Part shown: positions 10,434-21,375 of the stretch, one piece after another
Position numbering within the stretch: the first letter of the stretch is position 1
How the letters are laid out: each line of letters starts with the position of its first letter
DNA from: an uncultured Gemmatimonadales bacterium
Lineage (GTDB): Bacteria; Gemmatimonadota; Gemmatimonadetes; Gemmatimonadales; GWC2-71-9
Assembly: GCA_963695555.1 (NCBI GenBank)
Contig: CAVOGR010000007.1
Coordinates: forward strand, 736,001-800,000
Length of the DNA stretch: 64,000 nucleotides
Direction of reading: 5' to 3'
Translations under genes and position numbers: made by a program
Notes under the pieces: generated by a model
What the model was told of the DNA's origin: nothing
The model's input: the letters and a program-made list of their open reading frames with translations, nothing else
Databases searched by the model: none

Positions 10434-11042
10434 TCACAGCCCGACATTGCTGGCCCGAGTCAGGTGCACGTTGACCAGTGCATCCATCAGTCCTACTCGC
10501 TGGCGCCACAGATCGAGTAATGCACGATCCCCTTCGGGGGCCGGGGCCATTTGTGTCATTTGGAGCTCTTGGTCGAGGGCCGAGATACGGTCCTCGAGCT
10601 CGGCGGCCACCCGAGCAGTGTAGCCATCGGTCACCCGCCGCTCGGGGGCATACTGTGTCAGCGCCCGCTCCAGGAGACGCGACTCGAGCATGGCAGCCTC
10701 GAGCTCGGCTTGAGCATTCGGCGATGATGACGGTGGCATGGGCAGGGCCGGCCGGAGTAGGAATACCAGGGCAATGGATGCCGCGAGCGCCAAGCCGCCC
10801 ACTCCACCCCAGGCATATCGTCGGCGACGAGCCCTCACGAGTCGCGAGCGCACTACCGGCCAACTATCGCGCGGCGGGGTGAGCGTCGGCAGCGCCTTGA
10901 GTTGCGCCACCCGTTGATGCAACCGCTCCAGTTCGGCCTGGCAAAGGGGGCATTGGGCGACGTGATCACGGGCCGCTGCGCCCCCGGGCTCAGTCAGCCC
11001 GTCGCGCAACTCCAGCAGTTGGTCCATGGTCAGGTGCGTCAT
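10434..11042 (-). CDS. Zinc-binding membrane anti-sigma factor
   Basis: ZAS motif H...HVAQCPLC, one transmembrane helix (WGGVGGLALAASIALVFL), ATGA-coupled to the ECF sigma gene. Confidence 0.8.
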   Translation of the reverse strand: MTHLTMDQLLELRDGLTEPGGAAARDHVAQCPLCQAELERLHQRVAQLKALPTLTPPRDSWPVVRSRLVRARRRRYAWGGVGGLALAASIALVFLLRPALPMPPSSSPNAQAELEAAMLESRLLERALTQYAPERRVTDGYTARVAAELEDRISALDQELQMTQMAPAPEGDRALLDLWRQRVGLMDALVNVHLTRASNVGL

Positions 11043-11593
11043 ACGGCGACCTCCTCACCCAGCCAGCGCCGCAGCCGCTCATGGGCGCGCGCGAGTTGGG
11101 ACTTCGAAAAACTCGTGGTCTTCCCCATCATCTCGCCGATCTCGGCATGCGTGTACCCCTCGACGTCGTGCAACCAGACCACCGCCCGTGATACGTCGGA
11201 CAGACGCTCCAGCGCCGCTTCGAGGTCCATGCGCAAGAGTCCGTCTTCGCGACGGCGCGGCGTCACGTTCTCATACAGTTCTTCCGTCTCACGGTATCGA
11301 TTCCGGCGAAGCCGCATGAGGGACTTGCTCGCTGCGATGGCACGGATCCACCCCCACAAACTTCCTTCGCCCCGGTACTTCCGAATGCTGCGGGCCACCT
11401 CCAGAAACGTCTCCTGCGACACGTCCTCAGCGTCCTCGACGGAGCGACAGATCCGCCGAGCCACGTTGTAGACCGGCCCCTCAAACGCGCGATACAGTGC
11501 CTCGATGGCCGCCTGGTCTCCCCGGCGGGCTCGAGATACGACCTGCTCGGCGTCGGCCAACGGAAACGGATCCAAAGCCAGTGCCCTTGTCAT
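11039..11593 (-). CDS. ECF (sigma70 group 4) RNA polymerase sigma factor
   Basis: DAEDVSQETFL, WGWIRAIA, LHDVEGYTHAEIGEMMG..TSFSKSQLARA. The likely start is the ATG at 11593. Confidence 0.9.
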   Translation of the reverse strand: MTRALALDPFPLADAEQVVSRARRGDQAAIEALYRAFEGPVYNVARRICRSVEDAEDVSQETFLEVARSIRKYRGEGSLWGWIRAIAASKSLMRLRRNRYRETEELYENVTPRRREDGLLRMDLEAALERLSDVSRAVVWLHDVEGYTHAEIGEMMGKTTSFSKSQLARAHERLRRWLGEEVAV

Positions 11594-11600
11594 TGCTGCA

Positions 11601-11632
11601 TTAGAAGATGCCGAGCCCCACCGGAGGGTTGC
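11601..11632 (-). promoter_or_regulatory. Candidate autoregulatory ECF promoter
   Basis: Minus strand GCAACC-N15-GCATCTTCTAA, just upstream of the sigma ATG; resembles the AAC/GTC-type ECF consensus. Confidence 0.5.
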
Positions 11633-11804
11633 AGTCCGGGCCATGCCCCGCCAACTGCCACGACGGTTGTTCGGGGAAATCGCCAGGCGGTTGGCCCCGG
11701 GTCGCACACAGCTAACACAATGAAATATAATCTGTTACGCTCATTCGAGTCGCATCGTGTGGCCCAGGCCCGGTACCACGGCCGCGGCGCGTTAGATTGG
11801 GCGC

Positions 11805-12935
11805 ATGACCGAGCAGCAGGCACCCACCCTGGCTCCCGCCCTTTGGCTCGAACACCTGCGAGACGAGGCGGACGCGGCCTTCCTCTACACCGAGCTCAGC
11901 CGGCAAGCGGCGGATCCCAAGCGCGCCGCGCTGTATCAGCGGCTGGCCGAGGTGGAACAGCGCCACGTCCAAACCTGGCAGCGGCTTTTGCTGGCGGAGG
12001 GCCATCCCGTACCAGACGTCCAGCCGAGTGCCCGCGCCCGGTTCATGGTCTGGCTGGCCCGGCTGTTCGGCACCAGGTGGCTGATCCCCATGCTGCTCGA
12101 AGAAGAGGGCCGTGAGGTCAAGAGCTATCTCCAGCTGTACAGCGATGCTCCGGAAGGAGCCACCGCCTCGACCGCGTTACGATTGGCAAGAGAATCGAAG
12201 GAGCATGCCGAGACCCTTGCCACCATTACGGGCGGCGTAGGAGAACCCTGGCACAAGACGCACGCCGGCGGCTTCCTCCGCAACGTCGTGTACGGCTTCA
12301 ACGACGGCCTGACGGCTAACTTCGGCCTGGTTGCCGGCATGATTGGCGCGCAGGGCGGCCTGCACGTCAGTCACACCGTGGTCTTGGCCGGTGTCGCCGG
12401 CACGGTCGCCAATGCCCTGTCGATGGGGTCCTCGGGGTATCTCGCCGCGAAGAGCGAGCGGGAAGTCTTCGAGCACGAGATCGCCATGGAACGCGAGGAG
12501 ATCCGGGTCATGCCCGATCTCGAACGCGAGGAACTGAGCCTGCTCTACCAGGCCAAAGGCATTCCGGAGGCCCAGGCGTCGGAACTAGCCGAGCAGGTCA
12601 TGCGCGATCCCGAACGGGCCTTGGCGGAGAAGGTGCGGGAGGAGCTGCAGATCGGTGCGAGCACCGCGACACCGCTCAAGGAGGCGTGGCTCACGGGAAC
12701 CGCGACCGCACTCGGGTCGCTGATTCCCGTGCTGCCCCTCCTCATCAGCAGCTCGGCCGTGGCGGTCTGGTTTTCCTTTGCAATCGCGATGGCCTCGCAC
12801 TTTGGCGTCGGCGCCGCACGCAGCATCTTCACCGGCCGCGGCGTGATCCGGAGCGGGATGGACATGTTCTTGGTGGGCCTGGGCGTGGCCGCCGTCGGAT
12901 ACTTGGTCGGCGACTGGTTGGTGACCCTGCTCTAA
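11805..12935 (+). CDS. VIT1/CCC1 iron/manganese transporter with N-terminal ferritin/rubrerythrin-like domain
   Basis: ExxH motifs (EQRH, SKEH); LRNVVYGFNDGL, ALSMGSSGYLAAKSE. Confidence 0.88.
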   Translation: MTEQQAPTLAPALWLEHLRDEADAAFLYTELSRQAADPKRAALYQRLAEVEQRHVQTWQRLLLAEGHPVPDVQPSARARFMVWLARLFGTRWLIPMLLEEEGREVKSYLQLYSDAPEGATASTALRLARESKEHAETLATITGGVGEPWHKTHAGGFLRNVVYGFNDGLTANFGLVAGMIGAQGGLHVSHTVVLAGVAGTVANALSMGSSGYLAAKSEREVFEHEIAMEREEIRVMPDLEREELSLLYQAKGIPEAQASELAEQVMRDPERALAEKVREELQIGASTATPLKEAWLTGTATALGSLIPVLPLLISSSAVAVWFSFAIAMASHFGVGAARSIFTGRGVIRSGMDMFLVGLGVAAVGYLVGDWLVTLL

Positions 12936-12938
12936 TCC

Positions 12939-15377
12939 TCAGCCAACCACCAGGTTAATGAGACGATTGGGCACGTAGATCCGCTTCTGGATCGTCTTCC
13001 CCTCGAGGTGCCGCGAGGTCTTGTCGTCGGCCATCGCCGCGGCCAGCACCGCGCTCTCGTCGGCCTCGCGCCGGACCCGCACCGTGGAGCGTGTCCTGCC
13101 GTTCACCTGCACCACGACTTCGATGTTGTCCTCGACCAGCAGCGCGGCATCCCAGGTCGGCCACGAGGCGAAGAAGATCGAGCGGTCGTGCCCAAGCCGC
13201 TCCCAACACTCCTCCGCGAAGTGTGGCGCGAACGGGGCTAGCATCACCAACATGTCCTCAATGATGCGCCGCTCGTGGCATTGCACCTCGCGCATGGTGT
13301 TGAGCAGTTCCATGAGTGCGGCGATCGCGGTGTTGTATTTCAGTTCCTCGATGTCGCCGGTAATCTTCTGCTTGGTCTGGTGCCACTTGACCATCACCGC
13401 GTGTTTGACCTCACCGACCGCATCCTCCGTCACACAGCGCTCGACGAGGCCCCACACTTTGTCGAGAAACCGTCGGGGCCCACTGATTCCGGCATCGCGG
13501 AAGTCGCCCCCTTCCTGGAACGGCCCCAGCGACATCAGGTACATCCGAAACGTGTCCGCTCCCCAGCGCGCAATGTAGTCGTCGGGTATGACGACGTTGC
13601 CGCGCGACTTGGACATCTTGGCCCCGTCCTTCACAATGAGCCCGTGCGCTCGGAACTTGAGGAACGGCTCGTCGAAGTCGAGATGGCCCAGCTCGTGGAG
13701 CACCATGGCGAGGAATCGGGCGTAGAGCAGGTGAAGCACGGCGTGCTCGTTCCCACCGATATACGTGGTGACCGGGCACCATTTCTGCGTTCGCGTCCGA
13801 TCGAACGGCTGATCATCGAACTCCGTGCTCGGGTAGCGCAGGTAGTACCAGCCTGAATCGAGGAACGTATCGGAGACGTCCGTTTCCCGCCGGGCGCGCT
13901 GTCCGCAGCTGGGGCATGGAACGAAGAACCAATCCTCGTTCCGAGCCAGCGGTGACGTGCCGCTGTCGTCGGGTCGGAAATTTTCGAGCGGCGGTAGCAA
14001 GACCGGAAGATCCTCTTCCGGTACGGGCACCGTGCCGCACGCGTCACAGTAGATCACCGGAATTGGTGGTCCCCAGTACCGCTGCCGGGAGATGCACCAA
14101 TCGTACAGTCGGTATTGTACCTGGCCGCGCCCCGTGCCACTCTGTTCCAACCACTGAATGATGTCGCGAAGCGCTACCGACGCCGGCTTACCGGTGAACT
14201 GACCCGACGCGAGGAGCCGATCGTTCTCGTCGATGACCTGCACCACCGCCAGGTCGTAGGTCTCGGCAAACTCGAGGTCGCGCTCGTCATGGGCCGGCAC
14301 AGCCATGATGGCACCGGTGCCGTATTCCATAAGGACGTAGTCCGCGATCCAAATTGGAATGTCGGCGCCGGTGGCCGGGTTGACGGCGTACCCGCCCGTG
14401 AACACGCCCGTCTTGTCGCGTTCACCTACGCGCCGGGAAACGATGTCCGTGGCCGCCGCGGCACGGATGTAGTCCTGGACAGCTTGCCGCTGAGCGTCGG
14501 ACGTTACCGACGCGACCAGGGGATGCTCCGGCGCGAGGACCATGAAGGTGGCGCCAAAGATGGTGTCGGGTCGAGTGGTGAATACGGCGAGGACGTCATC
14601 GCGCCCCACGAGCCGGAACCGGATCTCCGCGCCTTCGGACCGACCGATCCAGTTGCGTTGGGCCGCAGCGGTGCTCTCCGACCAGTCCATTTTGGCTGGG
14701 TCGTCGAGGTGGCCCAGCAGTTGTTCGACATACTCGGTGATCCGGAAATACCACTGCTCGAGGGTCCGTTGCTCAACCCGCACATCGGGATGTCGTTCGC
14801 AATACCCGTCGATGACCTGCTCGTTGGCCAAGACCGTCTTGCATTCCGGGCACCAATTGACCGCACCGAGTTTCTTGTACGCTTTGCCGGCCTTGTACAG
14901 CTGGAGAAAGATCCACTGAGTCCACTTGTAATAGGCCGGGTCGGTGGTAGAGACCTCGTGTCGCCAGTCGAACATGCCTCCCATCCGCCGGAGTTGGCGG
15001 CGGAAGGTGGCGATGTTTTGGGGAATGAGCTGGGCCGGATGCGTGCCCACTTTGATCGCGTAATTCTCACTGTGAATTCCGAACGCGTCGAACCCGATGG
15101 GTTCGAACACGTCGAACCCCTGCAAGCGCTTGAAGCGCCCGTAGACGTCGCTCCCCGTGAAGGCGAACATGTTGCCGACATGGAGCCCCTCGGCCGAGGG
15201 GTAGGGATACATCATGAGATTATAGAATGGGCGCGCAGCACGGTCGAGATCGGGCTCATTGACGTGCTCCGCCGCCCACCGCGCCTGCCACTTGGCCTCC
15301 ACAACCTCAGGATCGTACACCGCGGCTGCCGGTGCAGGCGGGCGTTTGCTTGCGCGGTCACGCGGCTTCGTCCCCAT
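12939..15377 (-). CDS. leuS: Leucine--tRNA ligase
   Basis: [11 protein letters not shown] (HIGH), FTTRPDT and [12 protein letters not shown] (editing domain), [22 protein letters not shown]. Start at 15377 or 15389. Confidence 0.96.
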   Translation of the reverse strand: MGTKPRDRASKRPPAPAAAVYDPEVVEAKWQARWAAEHVNEPDLDRAARPFYNLMMYPYPSAEGLHVGNMFAFTGSDVYGRFKRLQGFDVFEPIGFDAFGIHSENYAIKVGTHPAQLIPQNIATFRRQLRRMGGMFDWRHEVSTTDPAYYKWTQWIFLQLYKAGKAYKKLGAVNWCPECKTVLANEQVIDGYCERHPDVRVEQRTLEQWYFRITEYVEQLLGHLDDPAKMDWSESTAAAQRNWIGRSEGAEIRFRLVGRDDVLAVFTTRPDTIFGATFMVLAPEHPLVASVTSDAQRQAVQDYIRAAAATDIVSRRVGERDKTGVFTGGYAVNPATGADIPIWIADYVLMEYGTGAIMAVPAHDERDLEFAETYDLAVVQVIDENDRLLASGQFTGKPASVALRDIIQWLEQSGTGRGQVQYRLYDWCISRQRYWGPPIPVIYCDACGTVPVPEEDLPVLLPPLENFRPDDSGTSPLARNEDWFFVPCPSCGQRARRETDVSDTFLDSGWYYLRYPSTEFDDQPFDRTRTQKWCPVTTYIGGNEHAVLHLLYARFLAMVLHELGHLDFDEPFLKFRAHGLIVKDGAKMSKSRGNVVIPDDYIARWGADTFRMYLMSLGPFQEGGDFRDAGISGPRRFLDKVWGLVERCVTEDAVGEVKHAVMVKWHQTKQKITGDIEELKYNTAIAALMELLNTMREVQCHERRIIEDMLVMLAPFAPHFAEECWERLGHDRSIFFASWPTWDAALLVEDNIEVVVQVNGRTRSTVRVRREADESAVLAAAMADDKTSRHLEGKTIQKRIYVPNRLINLVVG

Positions 15378-15522
15378 TGACTCTCCCATGCTCCCTGGTG
15401 GAGGTGTGAAATGTACCTGCGGGTTGGATACTGACCAAGGCGGTTCGCCCGCCTTGCCGCCCCAAACCACCTCCCCTAGTTTTGCCTCACCCGCCGATGC
15501 TCACCCTGCATCCGGAAGCCCA

Positions 15523-17625
15523 TTGAGCGATCTCAGCACGCATCTGACGCACCGCATCCATGCCATGGGCATGGCGGCCATCATCTTCCTCGGCGTCCTG
15601 GTCGCCACGGTCATTTCGACTGGTGAGGCCCGCTATGTGCGCCGGCGGACCGACGCGAGGCTCGAAGCGCTCGCGAGCCGCGGGGCCGCACTCCTCAATC
15701 AAGCCCTGGCTGAACGGCGCCGTGAGCTCGACCTCCTAGCCAGTATGCCGGTAGTACGGTCGGCCACGACCGCGGCCGCCAGCCAGAGCCGACGGCTCGG
15801 CCTCGCGCAGCTCCCCGCCACCGAGCTCGACCGACGCTATGCCGAGGCCGGTATCTCCGGAAGCACACCGGCCCTCGCCACGTTTCTACGGGAGTGGGTG
15901 GCACGGAGCCCGTTTCAGGATGTCCTGCTCGCCGAGGCCCACGGCCTGACCGTGATGTCCACCACGCCGGCCGGCACGCTCAATCACGCCCGACAGGCGT
16001 GGTGGCGAGCCGTGACCACTGCCGGATACTTTCTGGCCACCGGGCCGAACGATGTGCGAGGGCGTGCGACGTTGCGTCTGGCGGTTCCTGTTCCGAGCCC
16101 CGACGAGTCTGCGACGATCAGCGGAGCGCTCCTCGCCACCCTTCCACTCGACTTCCTCACCGAATTCCTGCCCACCGAACGCACCGAGACGGGCTTGGCC
16201 GAGCTTGCGCTGGTCCACGGTCCCGACTCACTGGTGTGGAGCAGCAACCCGGGGGCGTCACTCGGACGCCCGGTTGCGGGCGTCCTGCACGAGACGGCCC
16301 GCCCGGGCCTGCGTCTCGCGACCACCGGGGACGGCCAGCGTCTCGCGGTGATCCCGTTGGCGTATGGGGAGTGGAGCATCGTGGCACGCACCGCCGCCCC
16401 GGATGACTTGGTGAGCGCACGCGGCAGCCGGGTCTGGATCACGGCGGGATTCATCATCGTCTTTGGTGTCACCATTCTGTTCCTCGTCAGCCGCTGGATC
16501 GAGCAGCGTCTCCTAACCCCCCTCGTGCTGGCGGAAGACGTCGCCGCCCGCGTTGCAGAAGGCCATCTCAACGAATCGATCGCGAGGCTGAGCCGGGAGG
16601 GCCCGAAGGCCGACCGGCTCATCGCGGGCATTGCTGCCATGGTCGAGGCGCTCCACTCTCTGGTGGGGGCAATTCAAGCGGCATCGAGTGAAGCAGCCGC
16701 TATGGCCGAAGAGATTTCGGCCTCGACCGAAGAGATGACAACGTCGACGCACCAAGTGGCCAGCACCACCAGCGACTTGACCAATCGAGCCACGCACCAT
16801 GCCTCCCTGGTGCGGGCCGCGTCCAGCGACGCGACACGCATTCTGGGCATTGCCGAGGAACTCGACGTGGGATCGTCGGAGGCGGCCGACCGGAATGCCG
16901 CCCTTGCCGAACTCGCGCGCTCGCACAAGGAGCGACTCGACAGGAGTACGGTCGAACTCGAGCGTCTGTCCAAGGACATCGTGGAAGGAACGCTCGAGGC
17001 TGAGGCGCTAGCCGAAGCGTCCGGGGAAATCGAGAAGTTCGTGGCCCAAACGAAAGCCATCGCCAAGCAGACTCACATGTTGGCCTTGAACGCCGCCATT
17101 GAAGCGGCACGCGCCGGCGAGGAGGGCCGCGGCTTCAGCGTGGTGGCCGACGAGATCCGCAAGCTGGCGAACCAGGCGGCCCAGGCCGCTACGTCCACGG
17201 CGACGACCGTGCACGGGGTGCTCGACCGGGTGCACTCGGCTCGGGAGCGGTTGCTGCAACTCGGCGCGGGCGGGGGGAGGGCACGCGAGGCCGCCGACGA
17301 AGCGGCCAGCGGCCTCCGGCGGGTGGCCGAGGAGGCCGCCATCAACAGCAGCTGGACCCAGGCCATTTCCCAATCGTCCGCCGACGTTCGGGCGCTGGTC
17401 GCCGGGATCGTCGACCGGATGGTCGAAATCTCGAGCGGCACCGACGACGTCGCGGTGGCCGCCCAGGAGATCGCGGCAGCGGCGCAGCAGTTGAACACGT
17501 CCACTGAGGAGGTGTCGGCCTCGGCGGCTCGTCTTGCCGAAGCGGCCGACCAGCTCACCGCAGCGGTCGGCGTGTTTACCTTGGGGCCGTCGGGAACCGG
17601 GGCTCGGGAGACTCTCGCCGAATAG
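15523..17625 (+). CDS. Methyl-accepting chemotaxis protein with periplasmic Cache-like domain and HAMP
   Basis: Two transmembrane helices; hairpin tip [37 protein letters not shown]. Start is uncertain (TTG at 15523 or a downstream ATG). Confidence 0.9.
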   Translation: MSDLSTHLTHRIHAMGMAAIIFLGVLVATVISTGEARYVRRRTDARLEALASRGAALLNQALAERRRELDLLASMPVVRSATTAAASQSRRLGLAQLPATELDRRYAEAGISGSTPALATFLREWVARSPFQDVLLAEAHGLTVMSTTPAGTLNHARQAWWRAVTTAGYFLATGPNDVRGRATLRLAVPVPSPDESATISGALLATLPLDFLTEFLPTERTETGLAELALVHGPDSLVWSSNPGASLGRPVAGVLHETARPGLRLATTGDGQRLAVIPLAYGEWSIVARTAAPDDLVSARGSRVWITAGFIIVFGVTILFLVSRWIEQRLLTPLVLAEDVAARVAEGHLNESIARLSREGPKADRLIAGIAAMVEALHSLVGAIQAASSEAAAMAEEISASTEEMTTSTHQVASTTSDLTNRATHHASLVRAASSDATRILGIAEELDVGSSEAADRNAALAELARSHKERLDRSTVELERLSKDIVEGTLEAEALAEASGEIEKFVAQTKAIAKQTHMLALNAAIEAARAGEEGRGFSVVADEIRKLANQAAQAATSTATTVHGVLDRVHSARERLLQLGAGGGRAREAADEAASGLRRVAEEAAINSSWTQAISQSSADVRALVAGIVDRMVEISSGTDDVAVAAQEIAAAAQQLNTSTEEVSASAARLAEAADQLTAAVGVFTLGPSGTGARETLAE

Positions 17626-17762
17626 TCACTGCGCGGGTACGAGGCGCGAGAGTTGGCCCAACAGCGCCTCGAGGTGTGTGAGTGACCTGCAGGTCGCCCA
17701 TGTGGACGTCCACCGAGCCGGGCAGAAACGAGCGGCCGAATGTCATCGCCGCGTGGGCACGG

Positions 17763-18428
17763 CTACGGCGTCCCGGTGAGATACGACTCGAGAATGTCGT
17801 TCTCGAGGATGTCCGTCGACGTAATCAGCCGCACGCCTTCGTCGCCCCACTCCCGCATGAGATGCTCGGCCACGTGGGCGTGAATCGCTTTCGCGGCGTC
17901 GGTCACGAAGTAGAGGCGGGTCTGGGGACGGTGGCGCAGGAGGCCCTCGATCGCATACTTGTTGCACACGTCCAAGGCCACGCCATACAGCACGATCACT
18001 TCGGGGTTCAGGACCCGCAACACCGTGTCGACGCTGGCGTTTGTGAATACGTCAAACCAATGCTTCAGGAACAGAACGTCGCCGCGGTGCCGACCGACCT
18101 CCTCGGCCAGGCGATCGACATCCATGGGCTCCGGCTGGATGACCATGGGGTCGATGAGCGTCGTCTCGGGAATTTTCCGTTGTCCCGGTGTCCCGCGCAT
18201 GCAATGCTCTGGAAACGTCTCATGAAAATCCGGCGTTGGACTGAGCTCTTTGTGGCCCGGGACATGATCGTCCGCGCTGGCGACGATCCGGATGCCGCGA
18301 TCGTGGGCAAAGTCGGTCAGCCGTTTGAGCACCGGCATGATCTCCTCTGCGCCGGGCACGTAGAGCTTCCCGGTGGGCATCATGAAATCGACTTGGGTAT
18401 CGACATCCCAGAATATCAGACGCTTCAT
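17763..18428 (-). CDS. pncA: Nicotinamidase (isochorismatase-family cysteine hydrolase)
   Basis: DVDTQVDF, D.H, FPEHC, K, GVALDVC catalytic Cys; adjacent to the nicotinate phosphoribosyltransferase. Confidence 0.85.
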   Translation of the reverse strand: MKRLIFWDVDTQVDFMMPTGKLYVPGAEEIMPVLKRLTDFAHDRGIRIVASADDHVPGHKELSPTPDFHETFPEHCMRGTPGQRKIPETTLIDPMVIQPEPMDVDRLAEEVGRHRGDVLFLKHWFDVFTNASVDTVLRVLNPEVIVLYGVALDVCNKYAIEGLLRHRPQTRLYFVTDAAKAIHAHVAEHLMREWGDEGVRLITSTDILENDILESYLTGTP

Positions 18429-18471
18429 GGTCCAGAGCCTCGGAGTGAGAGCGTAACGAACGCCACCGGTC

Positions 18472-19530
18472 TTATGTGACCGGCTCCAGACGGGGGTTTG
18501 GCCGGTATTCGCGGCCTACCTTGGCGCATGGTACGCCGTCTTTCAGCACGACATCCGCGGTGAAATCGTAGCGGCCCTGGAACAACGAGGATCCGACGCC
18601 ATAGGCATCGACCGGAACGCCATGGGATTCGAATTCTTGAATCTTCTCGACGTCGAAGCCGCCGGAAACGACAATCCTAACGTTCTGAAATCCCGCGCGG
18701 TCCAGTGCGCTGCGGACATTCCACACGAGCTGCGGGCACACGCCGGTCGGCTTGAAGCGCCCCATCTGCGGAATCACGGAGCGATCAACCAACTTCTCAC
18801 TGGTATCCAACCGCACGCCGTACAGCCGATCACCCATGGCCCGCGCAGCCTTGAGCGAAGTCTCAACGCAGTCATTCTCGAAATCGACCAGGGTCACCAC
18901 CTGCACGTCTGGCGGACAGTACTCCGCGAACTTCTGCGTGGCCAGGATCGTGTCGCCATCATACGTGGCGATGAGGGCGTGGGGCACCGTCCCGATGCCC
19001 TCGCTGCCCCACCAGGACGCCTGGGCGTCGGTGGAGACCCCAATCGCGCCAGCGACATGCGCCGCGTACCCGTCACCGGTTTGGACCAACCAGTGATCGT
19101 GCCTGGCGGGGAAGAACATGATTTGCTTCGGGGCGGCGGCTTCGACCACGCGCCGCGTATTGGTGCCAACCCTGGTCCGGCGTGACAGGACGCCAAGATA
19201 GAGCGTTTCGAGGTGCGCGAAGGCGTCATACGGGCCCTCGACGAGGAGCACGGTTTCCCAGGGCTCGACCTCGTCCCCGTCGTACAGCGCCTGCACGGTC
19301 AGCTCCTCCCAATCGGCGGAGCACAGTTTGAGAATTGCGATCGCCTCGTCGATCCCGCCGAGAAAGGCGTGCGTCTTGCCGAACACCTGCATGGTCACCC
19401 GGGGCCGATACTGATCTGCCAAGAGAACATCCCGGGTGCGGACGAAGTACTTGTCGGAGTAATAGCCCGACCGCATGCGTTCGACAGGCAGATGAAAGAT
19501 GCTGGGGTCTAGACGTTGACGACGCGGCAT
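18472..19530 (-). CDS. pncB: Nicotinate phosphoribosyltransferase (type II PRTase)
   Basis: SDKYF, FFPARH, GTVPH, GVRLDTS, IVVSGG, DAYGVGS. Confidence 0.8.
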   Translation of the reverse strand: MPRRQRLDPSIFHLPVERMRSGYYSDKYFVRTRDVLLADQYRPRVTMQVFGKTHAFLGGIDEAIAILKLCSADWEELTVQALYDGDEVEPWETVLLVEGPYDAFAHLETLYLGVLSRRTRVGTNTRRVVEAAAPKQIMFFPARHDHWLVQTGDGYAAHVAGAIGVSTDAQASWWGSEGIGTVPHALIATYDGDTILATQKFAEYCPPDVQVVTLVDFENDCVETSLKAARAMGDRLYGVRLDTSEKLVDRSVIPQMGRFKPTGVCPQLVWNVRSALDRAGFQNVRIVVSGGFDVEKIQEFESHGVPVDAYGVGSSLFQGRYDFTADVVLKDGVPCAKVGREYRPNPRLEPVT

Positions 19531-19557
19531 GACAGGTGCTCTCCGACGGGAAGGCCG

Positions 19558-20223
19558 TTACCGGCCGAAATGGGCTGCCTTCAGGGCGGCCAGAACGCTC
19601 CGCATTTGGCGGATGCGCCGAGAATGAGGATACCGATCAATCAGCCGGCGAAGCTCGGCCATGGCTCGACCGGGGTCGTGGAGACTGAATTCATGAATGT
19701 CCGCCAGGGCAAGACCGATGCGGATATCGTCGCCAGCCGAGATTCGGGTGCCTAGTTCCTCACGCAACCGGTTCAATTCGAGGACGGCCCCATCGGCGGT
19801 CCCGAGCGGGCCGGTCAAGAGGGCTGCCCGCCGGAGCGTCGCCGCTACTCGGTCGCGTCGCTCGCGCGCCCGCTCCCGATAGGCCTCGGCGGCCGCCTCG
19901 TACTGGCCGCGCGCAACCATGGTCTCGATCGCCGAGTACCCTCCACCGGCTCGCACCAGCCCGACGCTGCTAAAGGCCTCGGCCGCAAAATCGATCACGG
20001 GCTCGAGCACCCCGCTGATCAGGGCCGTGACGAAGCCGTATAAGGCCCACAACGCCCCAGCCAACAGCAGCGCGCGAGGGGCGACCCCGGTGACGGCAAG
20101 CAGCACTGCCACGGCGCTACCGGCCAGGAGCAGGGTCCCGACCACGACACGAAGGAGCCGCAGCGGGTCGTGGCCGACTTGGTACTGCTCGGCAGCCGTG
20201 CGCAGGAGTTTGGAGGTCCGCAA
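19558..20223 (-). CDS. Membrane protein with C-terminal TPR-like helices
   Basis: Two N-terminal transmembrane helices; GQYEAAAEAY, AMAELRRLIDRYP. Confidence 0.7.
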   Translation of the reverse strand: MRTSKLLRTAAEQYQVGHDPLRLLRVVVGTLLLAGSAVAVLLAVTGVAPRALLLAGALWALYGFVTALISGVLEPVIDFAAEAFSSVGLVRAGGGYSAIETMVARGQYEAAAEAYRERARERRDRVAATLRRAALLTGPLGTADGAVLELNRLREELGTRISAGDDIRIGLALADIHEFSLHDPGRAMAELRRLIDRYPHSRRIRQMRSVLAALKAAHFGR

Positions 20224-20229
20224 GCTGGC

Positions 20230-20288
20230 AAGTTAGGAACGCCGCGCCGGGGCGGCAAGTTGACACCTTGCAGGCAGGCGCCTTAAAT
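20230..20288. promoter_or_regulatory. Back-to-back sigma70-type promoters
   Basis: Plus strand TTGACA(20260)-N17-TTAAAT(20283). Minus strand TTGCCG-N17-TAACTT, with the -10 element at 20235-20230. Confidence 0.6.
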
Positions 20289-20331
20289 CCCTCACGCCTG
20301 AGCGCCTCAACCACTGCCTGGAGAGCGTGCC

Positions 20332-21375
20332 GTGATCGAACCTGTGACCCGTCGTGCCTTTCTCGCCGTGACCGGCGGTGCGGTCGGCGCCGCGACTATT
20401 CACCCGTCTTTGCGAGGCGGCCTCGCAGCCCCGGCGATACACCTGCGCGGAGCCGCCCGGCCCGTTGCGATCAGCTCCGCTAACAGCCTCGCACCGGTGT
20501 CGCGGGCTCTCGCACTGATGCTCGAAGGATCGGATACCCTGGATGCGGCGGTCGAGGGGGCGAAGATCCAGGAACTCGATCCGGAGGACGCCTCGGTCGG
20601 GTATGGCGGCCTCCCAAACGAGCAGGGCGTGGTGCAGCTGGATGCATCATGCATCCACGGACCGACCCGGCGAGCTGGTGCCGTCGGTGCGCTCGAAGGC
20701 ATCAAAACGCCAAGCGAGGTTGCCAAATTGGTCCTCAAGTACACCGACCACATCATGCTGGTCGGCGAAGGGGCCAAGCGGTTCGCGCTGTCGTACGGAT
20801 TCAAAGAGGAAGATCTTCTGACTCCGCGCTCGCGCGAGCGCTGGCTCCGCTGGCGTGCCAACCGGGGAAAGGATGACGACTGGCTCGATGTGCCGGACGA
20901 CGAGCACATGGTGCGGCCCACGGGCACGATCAATCTCAACGTCATCAATGCGGCAGGCGACATTTCTTCGGTCACCACCACCAGCGGTTTGTCCTGGAAG
21001 ATTCCCGGCCGGGTCGGCGACTCGCCCATCATCGGCGCCGGCCAGTACACCGACAACGATGTCGGCGCGGCCGGCTCCACCGGCCGGGGGGAATCGAACA
21101 TCATGGTGTGCGGGGCATTCCTCACGGTGGAGCACATGCGGCGCGGCATGACGCCGGCCGATGCCTGCCTCGAAACCCTGCGCCGCGTGATTGCCATGAC
21201 CCCGGCACGCCTGATCCGTCCGGATGGGCGGCCTGCCTTCGATCTCAAATTTTACGCGGTCAATAAGCTGGGCGACTTCGGCGCAGGCTCCCTGTACCCC
21301 GGCCGGTTCGCCGTTCATGATGGACGCGAGGCAACCTTTCGAGATGCGGCCCATCTCTACGAGCGAGCCGGCTAG
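20332..21375 (+). CDS. Tat-exported Ntn hydrolase, glycosylasparaginase/isoaspartyl peptidase family
   Basis: TRRAFL Tat motif; SVGYGGLP, LDAS, nucleophile G-TIN, TTSGL..KIPGRVGDSPIIGAG, TGRGE. Confidence 0.9.
   Translation: MIEPVTRRAFLAVTGGAVGAATIHPSLRGGLAAPAIHLRGAARPVAISSANSLAPVSRALALMLEGSDTLDAAVEGAKIQELDPEDASVGYGGLPNEQGVVQLDASCIHGPTRRAGAVGALEGIKTPSEVAKLVLKYTDHIMLVGEGAKRFALSYGFKEEDLLTPRSRERWLRWRANRGKDDDWLDVPDDEHMVRPTGTINLNVINAAGDISSVTTTSGLSWKIPGRVGDSPIIGAGQYTDNDVGAAGSTGRGESNIMVCGAFLTVEHMRRGMTPADACLETLRRVIAMTPARLIRPDGRPAFDLKFYAVNKLGDFGAGSLYPGRFAVHDGREATFRDAAHLYERAG

Noticed and set aside
17626..17762. Small ORF or RNA between the MCP and pncA stops
   Set aside because: No self-contained ORF with an RBS and no convincing structure.
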